A stretch of DNA of 64,000 nucleotides from Candidatus Dormiibacterota bacterium (GTDB lineage: Bacteria > Chloroflexota > Dormibacteria > Aeolococcales > Aeolococcaceae). Below, in pieces: positions 27,665 to 37,744 of this stretch (the first letter of the stretch is position 1; every line of letters begins with the position of its first letter). Both the position numbers and the translations under genes were made by a program. The stretch lies in NCBI GenBank assembly GCA_963756075.1, contig CAVWMH010000007.1, positions 197,571 to 261,570 on the forward strand, read 5' to 3'. A model generated the notes under the pieces. It did no database searches. It saw only the letters and a program-made list of their open reading frames with translations, and was not told the DNA's origin.

Positions 27665-28827
27665 GCGGAGAATTCAGCGACCCGCTCGAGCGCGCCTTCC
27701 ACGATCGGGGTTACGTCTGATCGAGCCAGTGGTCGCGTCCCCTTTTCGAGAGCTGCGGGCGGAGAGACGAGCGTGGACTGCGTCTCCCGCGGAGTTCTCT
27801 CGCTGGTCTTTGCCGCATAGAGCACGGCGTCAGCCTGCTGCAGCACCAGGTACGCGTCATCGCCCGCGGCTCCAGCGGCCCAACCCACACTCACGCTGGC
27901 CGGTCCGGTGGGTAGATGCAATGCAGCGACGGCCTGCCTCATCCGTCGGGCGACCATCAGGGGTGTCTCCTCGGTTGGGTCGGAGATCAGCAGGACGAAT
28001 TCGTCGCCGCCGATGCGGGCGAGCGTTTCGCCCTTGCGCGCCACGCTCGCGAGCACCTGCCCGATTGCCACGAGGAGCGCATCGCCGGCTGCGTGACCGT
28101 ACCCGTCATTGATGCTCTTGAGGCTGTCGACGTCGATGGCGAGGATCGCAAACGGGCGCCGAGATGCCAATTGATCCACGGCATGCTCGAAGCCGCGCCG
28201 ATTGGTCAGCCCGGTCAGGGCATCGGTCACCGCGTTGGCTTCCGCCTCGCGGTGTCTGAGCGCGTTCGTCAGCGCCAGCGACGTCAGGGCGCCGAGCCCT
28301 CCCAGGCGTTCGACGAGATCCTCGGTGATCGGCTTGTCCCTCGTCGAGACCACGAGCACGCCATGTACGGCGTCCTTGACCCGGACCGGGACGTATGCAG
28401 CGAACTTCAGTCCGAAGCGAGCGATGATCTGGCGCGCCCGAGGTCCAGCATTCTCGGGGTCGAGCGCGCCCGTCACCGCTTGACCTGCGGCGAGTGCTCG
28501 AGGGATCAACGGGTGCTCGGCGATCGGCATCCAGGTGCCGACAGCGCTGGCGCCGGTGTCGTCGCTGTCCGCGATGATCCTCATGGTGTCGGCCGATATC
28601 TCGTAGTAGACCCCACGGCGGGCGCTGCTACCTGGCGGTGATGCCAGCGTTGCGGCCAGCCCGGTTGCCGTCTGGATCACCTGCTCTGGGTCAAGGCTGA
28701 AGGTGAGCGCCTGGGTCGCGAACTCGAGGACCATCATCTGCCGGCGCTGCTCGGCGAGCAACTCGTGGCAGGCGGCAAGCTCCTCTCGGAGCCTTGCAAT
28801 CTCGGTCGCGGAATTCTTGTCGGTCAC
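27643..28827 (-). CDS. GAF-GGDEF diguanylate cyclase (active RIGGDEF motif)
   Basis: N-terminal coiled-coil/GAF region, then LTGLTNRRGFEH...AILAIDVDSLKSINDGYGHAAGD...LARIGGDEFVLLI. The last 7 codons overlap the 3' end of tRNA-Thr(GGT) on the opposite strand. Confidence 0.85.
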   Translation of the reverse strand: MTDKNSATEIARLREELAACHELLAEQRRQMMVLEFATQALTFSLDPEQVIQTATGLAATLASPPGSSARRGVYYEISADTMRIIADSDDTGASAVGTWMPIAEHPLIPRALAAGQAVTGALDPENAGPRARQIIARFGLKFAAYVPVRVKDAVHGVLVVSTRDKPITEDLVERLGGLGALTSLALTNALRHREAEANAVTDALTGLTNRRGFEHAVDQLASRRPFAILAIDVDSLKSINDGYGHAAGDALLVAIGQVLASVARKGETLARIGGDEFVLLISDPTEETPLMVARRMRQAVAALHLPTGPASVSVGWAAGAAGDDAYLVLQQADAVLYAAKTSERTPRETQSTLVSPPAALEKGTRPLARSDVTPIVEGALERVAEFSAGAQGED

Positions 28828-29106
28828 TTCCTACACTCGCGAAATAGCCTCGCAGCACTCCGCTCCCCGGGGCGGTGTTCTCGATGAAAAGGGTATGAAC
28901 CGTTCTCGCACCGTCACACTCAGCGCCTCAGGAATCGCTCCGCCGCCCGGTCGGAAGCTTCAGCCAACGCTCCCGCCGTGGGAACGGACAGCTTCCCATC
29001 GGCTCGCGCCCGGTCCTCGCCACGTGGGAAGGGAAAGGCGCGGCCCTCAGATTGCGACGAACCTTCTTAGGTTGTCGACGACCTGGGCGAGGCGGTCCGG
29101 ATGTCG

Positions 29107-29886
29107 TCAGGCGTCGCGGGCAGGACGTCGTCCCAATGGGAAAGGGTTGTCGTCGTTCAGCGTTGCAGTCTGCCCGACCGGGAAGAACTGCGCCAGCAGC
29201 GCATTGAATGGTGGAAAGGCATCGCTGGCAGGCTTGCCGGTTAGCTTCGCGTACGTCTCAGCAAGTCCTGATCCGCCAGCTCGCACAACGTCGCTGATGC
29301 CGTAGTCAAGCTGGTTCGTCAAGTAGTTGAGGAAAAGCGTTGCGCAGCCGATGGAGACGTAGTTCTGATCGGTTGGATCGCTCTTGCTCACGTAGTCGAC
29401 CCGAGAAGAGTTGAGCCAGGAGTCTGCAGTCGCGAAACCGTCGAGTTGCGCGGGATACGCGAGCGTGGCCAGCACGCGCGATAGACCCTCGCCGGCGCTA
29501 TCCCCGCAGTTCCAACCCTTCCCCTGATCGGCCATGAACACTTCGTCTGCCTCGGCGACCATCAGCATTCGCACCAGATCGCTGTTGCTGCCGTCGAAGG
29601 CGGCAAGATGTAACGCGGTATCAGCGCAGGAGTCGTGGTAGGCACCAAATGAGCCGGTGTCTACGTACAGCGAAAATTGGGTTCCGGTTGGAGTAATCCC
29701 GAAGATGGCTTCCAGATTCTTGAGATCACGCTCCGACGTCAGCAACAGAGCGGATGCAAGCGCTGCGCCATCGGGCGCTGCGGGATCGTAGTACGTGATG
29801 AAGTTGGCCGTCGAGCCATCCTCCGTGTATGCAACGCCCTTAGCGGCGGCGCGTACGGCATCGAGATCGACATCCTTCTTGTTCAT
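29107..29886 (-). CDS. Hypothetical protein (259 aa), compositionally atypical (about 58% GC)
   Basis: Long ORF. It has a protein-like composition and no signal peptide or TM segment. No recognisable motifs. Its GC content is lower than that of neighbouring genes. Confidence 0.55.
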   Translation of the reverse strand: MNKKDVDLDAVRAAAKGVAYTEDGSTANFITYYDPAAPDGAALASALLLTSERDLKNLEAIFGITPTGTQFSLYVDTGSFGAYHDSCADTALHLAAFDGSNSDLVRMLMVAEADEVFMADQGKGWNCGDSAGEGLSRVLATLAYPAQLDGFATADSWLNSSRVDYVSKSDPTDQNYVSIGCATLFLNYLTNQLDYGISDVVRAGGSGLAETYAKLTGKPASDAFPPFNALLAQFFPVGQTATLNDDNPFPLGRRPARDA

Positions 29887-29949
29887 GCTTATGACGCTCG
29901 ACCTTGGAGTCTGCTACCGCGTACCATATTTTTCCACTGCACCCGGTCC

Positions 29950-32220
29950 CTATCGCCACCAGTGAATCCGGGCGGCCGCAACAGTCGCCTCGATCGGCTG
30001 CTCAACATCGGCTTCCATGCGTGCAAGGTTCTGCACCCATTCCCCGGCGATCACGACCGCCATTGCCCCGCGGATCGCACCGTCATCGCTCCCTGAGCGG
30101 CTCATGCAGCCCTCAGCAGCACCACGCAGTGCCTCCAGTGATGGCTGCTCGGGAGGCGAATGGTTGTTGTGCAACTCCGTGAGTTCCTCCGCAAGACGAT
30201 CGAAGCCGGTCAACAGGACTCGTACCTGATCCTCGACGGTCGCGACACTCTCGGGACACGAATTCGCTCGATAGCCAAGGTCGGTGGCGACGGTCACGAG
30301 CAGATCACCGGCAAGCAGCGCCTGGCTTCCGGCCGAGACAACACGCGCAGCCGCGCCGGCTTCGGGCGGTCTGGCGCTGCGCTCAATGAGAAAGGCATCG
30401 AAGGCTTCGCCGGCGCGGTCACGCGCCCGAACCGCGTCACCGCGAATCCGTTGGATGTCAGCGTCGCTCGTCGCACCGAGCACCAGGTCAAAGGATCGCT
30501 CGAGGTAGGCTCGGACCGAGCGATAGAAGCCCGCTGTCGCCCGCGTGAGGTCGCGTCGCGCTCCTCGCGGCCAGAGCAGGACGCCCACGACGACGCTGAT
30601 GCCCGTGCCGACCGCGACGTCCTCGATTCGCACCAGCCCGACCTGCCAGCCGGCCGGTGAGATCAGGTTGAACACGATGATCACCATCACGGTGAATGCC
30701 GCCTGTCCCGCTACGAACCCGACGGCGCTGGCCGCATACGACGCGAAGAAAATCACCACCGGTAGCGCGATCCACATGAGTGTCGGATCGTTACCCGCGA
30801 TGCCGGCGAAGAGGCCGCCGACGGCGAACCCGATGACGCTCCCGACCAGCGCCTCCACCGTCGTCCGCCCCGTTGCCAGCGCGTTCGAGCGGAGAACCGT
30901 GAGCGTGCCGAGCACCACCCAGAAAGCGTGTTCAAGGCCCAGGGTTCGTGCCAGCAGAACGGCGATCGCCAGCCCGATGCCGACTCGCAGGCTGCTGTGG
31001 AGGATGGTCGAGCTCGGCTCGAGGTGGGTGCGAAGCGTCCCAGCGCTGCGCGCCAGAACACCGCGCGCACCCTCGAGTCTTGGAGTTCCTGCCGGCAGCG
31101 ACACGCCGTCATCCGGCCATCCACCGCTGGCGATCACCGCATTTGCGCTCAACGCAATCGTCAAGTACGCGATCACACGCAGGGTGTGGTCGACATCGAT
31201 GCTGTCGAGCACCTCGTCTGGTGCTCGTCCGGCGCTCAGCTCCGTCGCGGCCCAGACATCGAGCGCCGAACGATGTGCGCGCCGCGCGTGCTCGAGGTCG
31301 CCAAGCACGGGTGGGGCCCCGCCTGTGAGGACAGCCGCATCCGCGCGCAGGGCCGCGATCACGGCGGCGGCAAGCTCATCCCCCTCCTCGATGCACGGGC
31401 GCGGCGACGGACGCTGCGAATGGAACGGGCGCTCGGCGAGATCGACGACCTGCTCGAGCTGGGTGACGAGCTGGACGAACGCGCGGTCACGCCTCGTCGG
31501 ACCCGCCGGTCGCATCCCGGAGCGCGCGTTCTCGCTGCGAACTGACGACACGGCGGCGCGCGCAGCCCGCGTGTACGTTGCGAGCTGATCGTCCGCTGCG
31601 CCATGGCGCATTGCTGTGACGAGGTCCGCAACGGCGATGCACGCGTCGGCGGCGCGCTTGCGCAGCGAGGCATGTTCGAACCACGGCCACAGGAACACGC
31701 CCGCGAGAGTGGACACGACACCGGCGAGCAGCCATCCGGCCAGTCGTGTGGGAATCGCTGAAACGTCCGCGGGCACAGAGGCCGCGAGCACATACGCAAG
31801 GAGCAGCGCCGTCTGCGCAGCCTTGACATAGCCTCCGAACACGCCGGCGAACGACAGCACGAAACCGACCACGAGCATGGCGGTCGCGGCGACCGGGGCG
31901 CTGAACGAGGCCGCGGTGCCGAGAGCAACGAGCGCAGCCCCAATGAGCGTTGCGGCCGCGTAGGCGACGGCTCGGGGCCGCCGAGGCCCGCCGAAGTCCG
32001 CCATGACCAGCAAGCCGAAGCATCCGAAGACAGCAAAGGTGGCGACCTGCAGGTCTCGGACGACGAGCAGCGTCAGCGCGAAAACTGACGGATTGATGAT
32101 GGCTGCACGCGTGGCCCGGTGCAGGGCAACGCGTCGAGGATCGGCGCGCTCGTCAGGTGCGGCAGGCGGTGAGGAAGGTGCGATCTCCGTCGTCGCTGGA
32201 ATGGTCGCCGGGCCGGTCAC
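29950..32220 (-). CDS. FUSC-family (fusaric acid resistance / aromatic acid exporter-like) inner membrane protein
   Basis: 756 aa. Two multi-helix hydrophobic blocks are separated by a long soluble region (the FUSC duplication). N-terminal region is Pro/Ala-rich. Confidence 0.8.
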   Translation of the reverse strand: MTGPATIPATTEIAPSSPPAAPDERADPRRVALHRATRAAIINPSVFALTLLVVRDLQVATFAVFGCFGLLVMADFGGPRRPRAVAYAAATLIGAALVALGTAASFSAPVAATAMLVVGFVLSFAGVFGGYVKAAQTALLLAYVLAASVPADVSAIPTRLAGWLLAGVVSTLAGVFLWPWFEHASLRKRAADACIAVADLVTAMRHGAADDQLATYTRAARAAVSSVRSENARSGMRPAGPTRRDRAFVQLVTQLEQVVDLAERPFHSQRPSPRPCIEEGDELAAAVIAALRADAAVLTGGAPPVLGDLEHARRAHRSALDVWAATELSAGRAPDEVLDSIDVDHTLRVIAYLTIALSANAVIASGGWPDDGVSLPAGTPRLEGARGVLARSAGTLRTHLEPSSTILHSSLRVGIGLAIAVLLARTLGLEHAFWVVLGTLTVLRSNALATGRTTVEALVGSVIGFAVGGLFAGIAGNDPTLMWIALPVVIFFASYAASAVGFVAGQAAFTVMVIIVFNLISPAGWQVGLVRIEDVAVGTGISVVVGVLLWPRGARRDLTRATAGFYRSVRAYLERSFDLVLGATSDADIQRIRGDAVRARDRAGEAFDAFLIERSARPPEAGAAARVVSAGSQALLAGDLLVTVATDLGYRANSCPESVATVEDQVRVLLTGFDRLAEELTELHNNHSPPEQPSLEALRGAAEGCMSRSGSDDGAIRGAMAVVIAGEWVQNLARMEADVEQPIEATVAAARIHWWR

Positions 32221-32880
32221 CCTGGATTCCTGACCAATGGTCTCGCCTCGCTTCGCTCTCGCGACTTGCAGGGGGCGATGATATGCGCGTCACGTGCTCA
32301 GCAACGTTCGGCAACGCGGTCACTTGCGGCCGCAGTGGTCAACCAGCGTGACAAACCGGGCTGGGCCGAAGGACGAACACACCGCGCGCCTTACGAACTT
32401 CGACCTGTTGGATCGGCACTCCTACGAGGCGGCGGGGTTTCCGGCATTCCGCAGCGTCCCCGTCCGCTCGGGGCCGGCGTCGATTCCGACCCGATGTGGG
32501 GCAGAACTCGGACCCGGCGAGCATGGGCCATTGGAATCGCTGCATTCGTGGCGGGCACAGCAATCATCGCTTCCGTCATCCTCGGCGGTCGGAACGAAAG
32601 CACTGCGGACAACGGGACCGCAACCGGATTCCTCGTAGGCACCCGCATCGTGGGTGTGCCGAACGGCCCTCGATCGTCCCCGAACCGCGTCGGCGCGGAC
32701 GACGCCCGAACTCGACAGGAATATGAGCACCCAGGCCGAGTATTGCCCATCCGGGGACCAACTCTTCGTGCCTCAACCACCGGACCCTGGTCTCTGTCTG
32801 AACTTCCGCGACCACAATCCCTGACGACGGGGGCCGCCCTTCAGGGCACGTGCACGGACCGATTTAGCTAAACTCGCGCG

Positions 32881-33256
32881 ATGCGGAGAGCGGCGGGGCT
32901 CGGCATGCTGTGCATGCTCTGCGGGGTGGCCGCGCAGGTTGCAACTGCGCGATCAGTGTCGGCGTCCTCGCCGAGCCTGACGCTGGCTCAGCCCGCCCAG
33001 CGGGCCTCCGGGAACGACCGTGACTTACGACTACAACTGGGACGCCCCAGATTGCCTTGTGGCACTTGACCCGCTCGAGATTGATGCCACTTGGCAACCG
33101 AGCGGAGACGCGTTCCCACCCGGGGCAGCCGACGCGACGTGCTCGGGCACCATCTCGGGGGTCGTTCCCTCGGGCACGGCACCGGGAGCGATCACAGTCA
33201 ACGCGTGGCTCTGCGACACCTTGACAAGCGCCTGCCCAGGAACACAGGTAGCCTGA
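32881..33256 (+). pseudogene. Probable N-terminal part of the downstream PT-linker/DUF4214 protein: Sec signal peptide (frame 1), then Cys-containing module (frame 2), closed by in-frame TGA at 33254
   Basis: MRRAAGLGMLCMLCGVAAQVATARSVSASSPS is a signal-peptide-like sequence. From about 33000 the next frame reads PPGTTVTYDYNWDAPDCLVALDPLEIDATWQPSGD...NAWLCDTLTSACPGTQVA. It is in the same frame as the PT-repeat gene and separated from it only by one TGA. Confidence 0.3.
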
Positions 33257-33283
33257 AGCCAGATTACCAACTCGTCGTTCGTT

Positions 33284-35185
33284 GTGACACCAACCCCCAC
33301 ACCCACACCCACGCCAACTCCAACTCCAACTCCAACTCCGACACCGTCTCCCACACCAACACCGACTCCAACACCAACTCCAACACCAACTCCAACTCCC
33401 ACGCCCACCCCAACCCCCACGCCAACTCCAACCGCAACACCAACCCCAACCCCAACCGCAACACCCACGTCGACCGCTTCACCAACCCCCACGTCGACCT
33501 CAACCTCGAGCCCCACGCCGACGTCGTCCCCCGGCATACGCTCGACGCCGGCGGGGCTGACGTTCAGACCGACGCCGACGCCCATCCCGCTCCCGACGCC
33601 AGCCCCATTTATCATCGGCCCGGGCCCGAGTGAGTCAGGGGGCGGTGCACCTCAAGGTGGGGCGGCATGCTCCGGCGGCATCGGGCGTGCTCCCACCGCC
33701 AAGGAGCTTGCGACCTACGCCAGTCAACTGGCGGCAGGAGCCGACGGCACGTCCATCCAGGTCGACATCCTCAGCTCCTCCGAGTACTACCACGATGCCG
33801 GCGGCAACGCTCTTGGGTTCGTCGTCCGTCTCTACGACGATGTCCTCAAGCACGACCCGACGGCCCTGGAGATGTCGACCGCGCTCGCGGTCCTTTCCGC
33901 CGGCGGCAGCATCGGGCGAAGCCGGCTCGCCCAGGAGGTTGTGCTCAGCCCTGAAGCCCGGGCGATCCGGGTGGATTCAGCGTTCCACATGTTGTTGAAG
34001 CGCTATCCGTCAAGCGCGGAGCTGGCCGACTGGGTCAATCGACTCCCCGGTTCCGGCGCGACGGCCGGGATCTTCGGGACCACGATGGTCGAAGACATCG
34101 CCGCGACCGCCGAGTACTTCGCTCAAGCCGGCGACACGGCGTCGCGCTTCATGTCGCAACTCTATTCAGATCTGCTCAGTCGAGCGCCTGCGCCGGCGGA
34201 GGTCACGAGCGACGTACGACTGATCCAATCGAGCGCCGCAGCCGACGTCGCGGCGCGCCAGGTGTTGGCGGGCGCGTTGCTCTCGAGTGCCGAGTTCCGA
34301 AGCGATGAGATCACGTCGTTTTTCGCCAACTACCTGCACCGCACCTGCCGGGACGTCCAGCAGCGAGAGTGCACGAGCACCCTTCGGACTCCGACAAAGG
34401 TCGAGCTCTCGAACGGGCTCGCCTCGCTGGCGAGCGGGTCGACCGAGGCAGACATCATTGCCGGAGTGCTGAGCACCGACGAGTACTACGAGAAGCACGG
34501 CAGCACGCAGGCCGGCCTCATCGAGGGCGTGTACCAGGACCTCCTGGGTCGAGCGCCAACCAACGCGGAGGTGACGGCGGCACTGAACAAGTACACCAAC
34601 GACAGGATCGGCCACTCCGCGTTCGCCCAGGCGATGGTGGCATCTCCTGAATATCAGAACGAGGTCGTCTCGCTCGACTATCAGCAGTTGCTCCTCCGTG
34701 CACCGTTCACGTCCGAAGCGGACGCAGGCCAGGGTGTTCTCGCCGTACGGCAGTCACTGCGGACACCGGAGGAAACGCTCGTCGCGACCCTCACGGCATC
34801 CTCTGAATACCTCGGAGACGTCGGAGGTACGGACGCCGACTTCGTTGCCCGCACCATCAATGCGTTGCTGAATCGGGCTGCCACGCCGGCCGAGGAGTCC
34901 GCGTATCTCAGCCAACCCCTGCCGCACGACGCGACGTGGGAGACCGGCGTTGCCGAATCGATCGTCGAAAGCTCCGAATATCGAACCAACTTCATCACCG
35001 GCATCTACGAGAGGTTCCTGAGCTTCGCGGTGTGCTCCGTCAACGCCGGGGCTGGTCAGGGCGGTCCGGGAGGTCTCGTGACGCTGGGTGCGACCATTGT
35101 CATCGGCGTGGTGCTCGGTGCGCTGATCATCGCGGTCGGGGTTCCTGCCATTCTTCGGCGCCGCGTTGACACCGAGGCTCCCTGA
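33284..35185 (+). CDS. (TP)n-linker protein with four DUF4214-like repeats and a C-terminal transmembrane anchor
   Basis: About 83 residues of TPTPTP... are followed by repeated SSEYY/STDEYY/SSEY...LY.DLL.R-type modules characteristic of DUF4214. The C-terminus [30 protein letters not shown] is a TM helix. The annotated GTG start sits inside the linker, so the true N-terminus probably lies upstream (see 32881-33256). Confidence 0.65.
   Translation: MTPTPTPTPTPTPTPTPTPTPSPTPTPTPTPTPTPTPTPTPTPTPTPTPTATPTPTPTATPTSTASPTPTSTSTSSPTPTSSPGIRSTPAGLTFRPTPTPIPLPTPAPFIIGPGPSESGGGAPQGGAACSGGIGRAPTAKELATYASQLAAGADGTSIQVDILSSSEYYHDAGGNALGFVVRLYDDVLKHDPTALEMSTALAVLSAGGSIGRSRLAQEVVLSPEARAIRVDSAFHMLLKRYPSSAELADWVNRLPGSGATAGIFGTTMVEDIAATAEYFAQAGDTASRFMSQLYSDLLSRAPAPAEVTSDVRLIQSSAAADVAARQVLAGALLSSAEFRSDEITSFFANYLHRTCRDVQQRECTSTLRTPTKVELSNGLASLASGSTEADIIAGVLSTDEYYEKHGSTQAGLIEGVYQDLLGRAPTNAEVTAALNKYTNDRIGHSAFAQAMVASPEYQNEVVSLDYQQLLLRAPFTSEADAGQGVLAVRQSLRTPEETLVATLTASSEYLGDVGGTDADFVARTINALLNRAATPAEESAYLSQPLPHDATWETGVAESIVESSEYRTNFITGIYERFLSFAVCSVNAGAGQGGPGGLVTLGATIVIGVVLGALIIAVGVPAILRRRVDTEAP
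33287..33530 (+). repeat. Coding tandem hexanucleotide repeat (ACNCCN)n encoding a (Thr-Pro)n linker
   Basis: About 40 consecutive ACx-CCx units. The opposite strand gives the (GV)n artefact ORF 33031..33615. Confidence 0.85.
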
Positions 35186-35220
35186 TCTCGAGGCGCGATG
35201 CTTCGCCATGAACAGAAGAA

Positions 35221-35247
35221 GACCCCCAGCGAGCTGCCAGGGGTCTC
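35221..35247 (+). terminator. GC-rich hairpin 36 nt after the DUF4214 gene stop (candidate intrinsic terminator, no U-tract)
   Basis: The arms gacccc(c)agc and gctgccaggggtc form a 6+4 bp stem with an internal bulge. Confidence 0.3.
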
Positions 35248-35491
35248 TCTAAAGGGGGTTGGGTTGCGGTATGTACGTTGATCCTATTGAGACGCGAGGA
35301 AAGAAGGGGTTAAGAGCCGGCCGTGAGTTCGCCATGGACACGGCGAGCCTGGTCAGCTAAAATGACGCGATCGACCCGTTCGGCCTGTAAGAGCCAAGCT
35401 TGACCTGGTCCGAGGGGACGGAATGGGGCGCTGCCGATCTGCCGCTGCATGAGATCGGTACGCCGTCGGAACACGTGGGGGGACGTCTGAC

Positions 35492-36886
35492 ATGGTCGCG
35501 AGCCTGAGCTTCAGCAATGGCGACACGCTGCACCTGCTGCTGACGCTGAGCATCCTGCTCGCAGCCGTCCACGCCGTGGGCTTCGCGTTCGTCAAGCTGC
35601 GCCAGCCGAGAGTGGCCGGCGAAATCGTGGCCGGCCTTGTCCTCGGACCCACGGTGCTGGGCTATCTCCGCCCCGACCTGGCCCACGAGCTGCTCGCCGG
35701 GAACGCGTCTTCCACGGCGGTCCTGGGGGCGATCTACCAGCTTGGACAGCTGCTTCTGATGTTCTGCGCGGGCGCGGCGCTTCGATCCCATCGCCGCCGC
35801 GGTGAAGGCCGGACGACGGCGCTCATCGCATTGTTTGGCAACGTCGTTCCTTTCGCTGCCGGCGCAGCATTCATGGTCGTCGTCAACCCGGGCGGCTTGA
35901 TCGGCACTGCGGGGAACCGCACCGCGATGCTGATCGTCTTCGCCTGCGGTATCGCGGTGACCAGCATCCCGGTGATTTCCCGGATCCTCGCTGACCTCGG
36001 ACTCATGAGGACATCGTTCGCGCGCGTCGTCCTCAGCGTCGCGCTCATCGACGACGTCATCCTGTACGTGCTGCTCAGCATCGCGGTGGGACTGGTTGCA
36101 ACCGCTTCGAGCGACAGCTTTGCCCTGCCGAGCCTGTTGTCGCTGCACCCCGGCTCGGCTGTTTCGGACGCGTACTACGTGATCGTCTCGGTGGCCATCT
36201 TCGCGCTGCCGCTCGTGTTCGGCCGTTCATTTGTCGAGAGGCTCGGGGCGCTTCGCTTCAACGTTCTCGGACGCAGCAATGCCCTCGCGTTCCAGATCGT
36301 GTTCATGATGGTCATGACGAGCCTCGCGCTGTTCCTCGGCATCTCACCGATTTTCGGGGCCTTCGTCGCCGGCATCCTAGCCGGAACGCTGAGCACGAGC
36401 AAGGAAGGGGCCACGACCGTTTCGCTCGACGCCGCGCGGGCTCAGGCAAGCATTCAGAGCTTCTCGTTCGCGTTCTTCATTCCCATCTACTTCGCGATCG
36501 TGGGACTGAAACTCGACCTCATTCGTCAGTTCGACATCCCGTTTTTCGTGCTCTTTCTGGTCTTCGCGTGCGTTGTGAAGGGCCTGAGCGTCTACCTCGG
36601 GGCGCGGGCTGCGGGGGAGCGGCGTGACAGTGCCATCAACCTGGCGATGGCGCTCAACGCGCGAGGTGGCCCGGCGATCGTCATGGCATCCGTCGCGTTC
36701 GATGCGCACATCATCTCGGAGAAGTTCTACGTCGACCTGGTGCTGCTCGCCCTGGTGACCTCCATGATGGCCGGGGCCTGGCTCGACAGGGTCCTGCGCC
36801 AGGGAACCTTCTTCGCGGAGTCTCAGACTGCCGATGTGGCTGTTCCGGTAGTGGCGCAGGCCGCGGCCGGCGACATCGTCGCCTAG
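35492..36886 (+). CDS. Cation:proton antiporter (CPA2 / Kef-type Na+/H+ exchanger domain)
   Basis: 464 aa, about 12 TM helices. The N-terminal block GEIVAGLVLGP is typical of Na_H_Exchanger-fold transporters. Confidence 0.85.
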   Translation: MVASLSFSNGDTLHLLLTLSILLAAVHAVGFAFVKLRQPRVAGEIVAGLVLGPTVLGYLRPDLAHELLAGNASSTAVLGAIYQLGQLLLMFCAGAALRSHRRRGEGRTTALIALFGNVVPFAAGAAFMVVVNPGGLIGTAGNRTAMLIVFACGIAVTSIPVISRILADLGLMRTSFARVVLSVALIDDVILYVLLSIAVGLVATASSDSFALPSLLSLHPGSAVSDAYYVIVSVAIFALPLVFGRSFVERLGALRFNVLGRSNALAFQIVFMMVMTSLALFLGISPIFGAFVAGILAGTLSTSKEGATTVSLDAARAQASIQSFSFAFFIPIYFAIVGLKLDLIRQFDIPFFVLFLVFACVVKGLSVYLGARAAGERRDSAINLAMALNARGGPAIVMASVAFDAHIISEKFYVDLVLLALVTSMMAGAWLDRVLRQGTFFAESQTADVAVPVVAQAAAGDIVA

Positions 36887-36887
36887 C

Positions 36888-37502
36888 TCAGCTCACCTGC
36901 CGGTCGAACGCGGGAGGCGCGGGGTCGGCGACGCGTTGGCGCCCGGTGAGCTCGACCATCTGCTCCGCAACCCCGGTGCCACCGCGGAGCTCGCGGTTCA
37001 TCTCGCGCTCGAGCACGTCGACCCGCTTGCTGATCTCGCCGAGCACGAACCGCAACACAAAGCGCCCGGCGGCGAGGTCAGGCTCCCCGGTCGACGCGCT
37101 CGTCGGCATCGTCCGCAGCACCCCGATGAGTGTCACGGCCTCCTCAAGGGCGTTCTCATGCAGCTGCCGCACGGTGGCTGACCCGAACTGCTCGAGCTGG
37201 GCTCGCGAGCGCAGCACGCCCGCGAGGTCACGCTGCCGGTTGGGCGTGAAGCCTTCTTCCGGGAAGGCGAGAGGCCGGAGGGTCTGGAGGTACGCGTGCC
37301 AGCCGAGTGCCGCCTCGAGGTAGGCCACGGCTCGGCGCTCGTCGCGGCGCGTCTCGTCGATCGTCCGCTGCGTCTCAGCCCGGGACTTTTGCATCGCGCG
37401 GACGATCAGCCCGGCAGCGATGAGCGCAATGATCACCGCCGCGGCAGCGACGATCCCGATAATCCCCCAAGCCATGACAGATAAGAGGGTATCGCGTACC
37501 AC
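36888..37502 (-). CDS. Hypothetical membrane-anchored protein (single N-terminal TM, coiled-coil-like C-terminal region)
   Basis: MAWGIIGIVAAAAVIIALIAAGLIV then a charged helical region. Convergent with the antiporter gene. Confidence 0.5.
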   Translation of the reverse strand: MVRDTLLSVMAWGIIGIVAAAAVIIALIAAGLIVRAMQKSRAETQRTIDETRRDERRAVAYLEAALGWHAYLQTLRPLAFPEEGFTPNRQRDLAGVLRSRAQLEQFGSATVRQLHENALEEAVTLIGVLRTMPTSASTGEPDLAAGRFVLRFVLGEISKRVDVLEREMNRELRGGTGVAEQMVELTGRQRVADPAPPAFDRQVS

Positions 37503-37744
37503 GTGCCCTCGTGACGGGTCTGATCCGATTTCCGGGCTGGCCGAGATCGATTCTCAGGCCGACTGCGATGCCCGGCCGGTCACGCGCGGCCGTCCGGGTC
37601 CGATGGAACGCCCTCGATCAGGTTGACGCATTCCGGCGTCGAGAGAGGGATCCCCGCTGTTTTCTGCGCGGTTTTCGGTTCGCAGCGCAAAGTTCGGTGT
37701 TCTAATACGTCCCGCCCGCCCTGCGGGCGTCGACCCTGCTCCCT

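Noticed and set aside
28830-29106. Possible c-di-GMP riboswitch in the 5' leader of the GAF-GGDEF gene
   Set aside because: No recognisable GEMM-I/II conserved elements by eye. The region would need a covariance-model scan, so it is not claimed.
32266-32871. 201-aa + strand ORF between the FUSC gene and the DUF4214 gene
   Set aside because: It has low GC3 and many rare A/T-ending codons. It has a single hydrophobic stretch and no motifs. It may be a small membrane protein, but the evidence is insufficient to call.
33031-33615. 194-aa minus-strand ORF rich in GVGVGV, and the idea of a CRISPR-like array at 33290-33530
   Set aside because: It is the reverse complement of the in-frame (ACNCCN)n Thr-Pro linker repeat. 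The units are 6 bp with no spacers, so this is not a CRISPR array.
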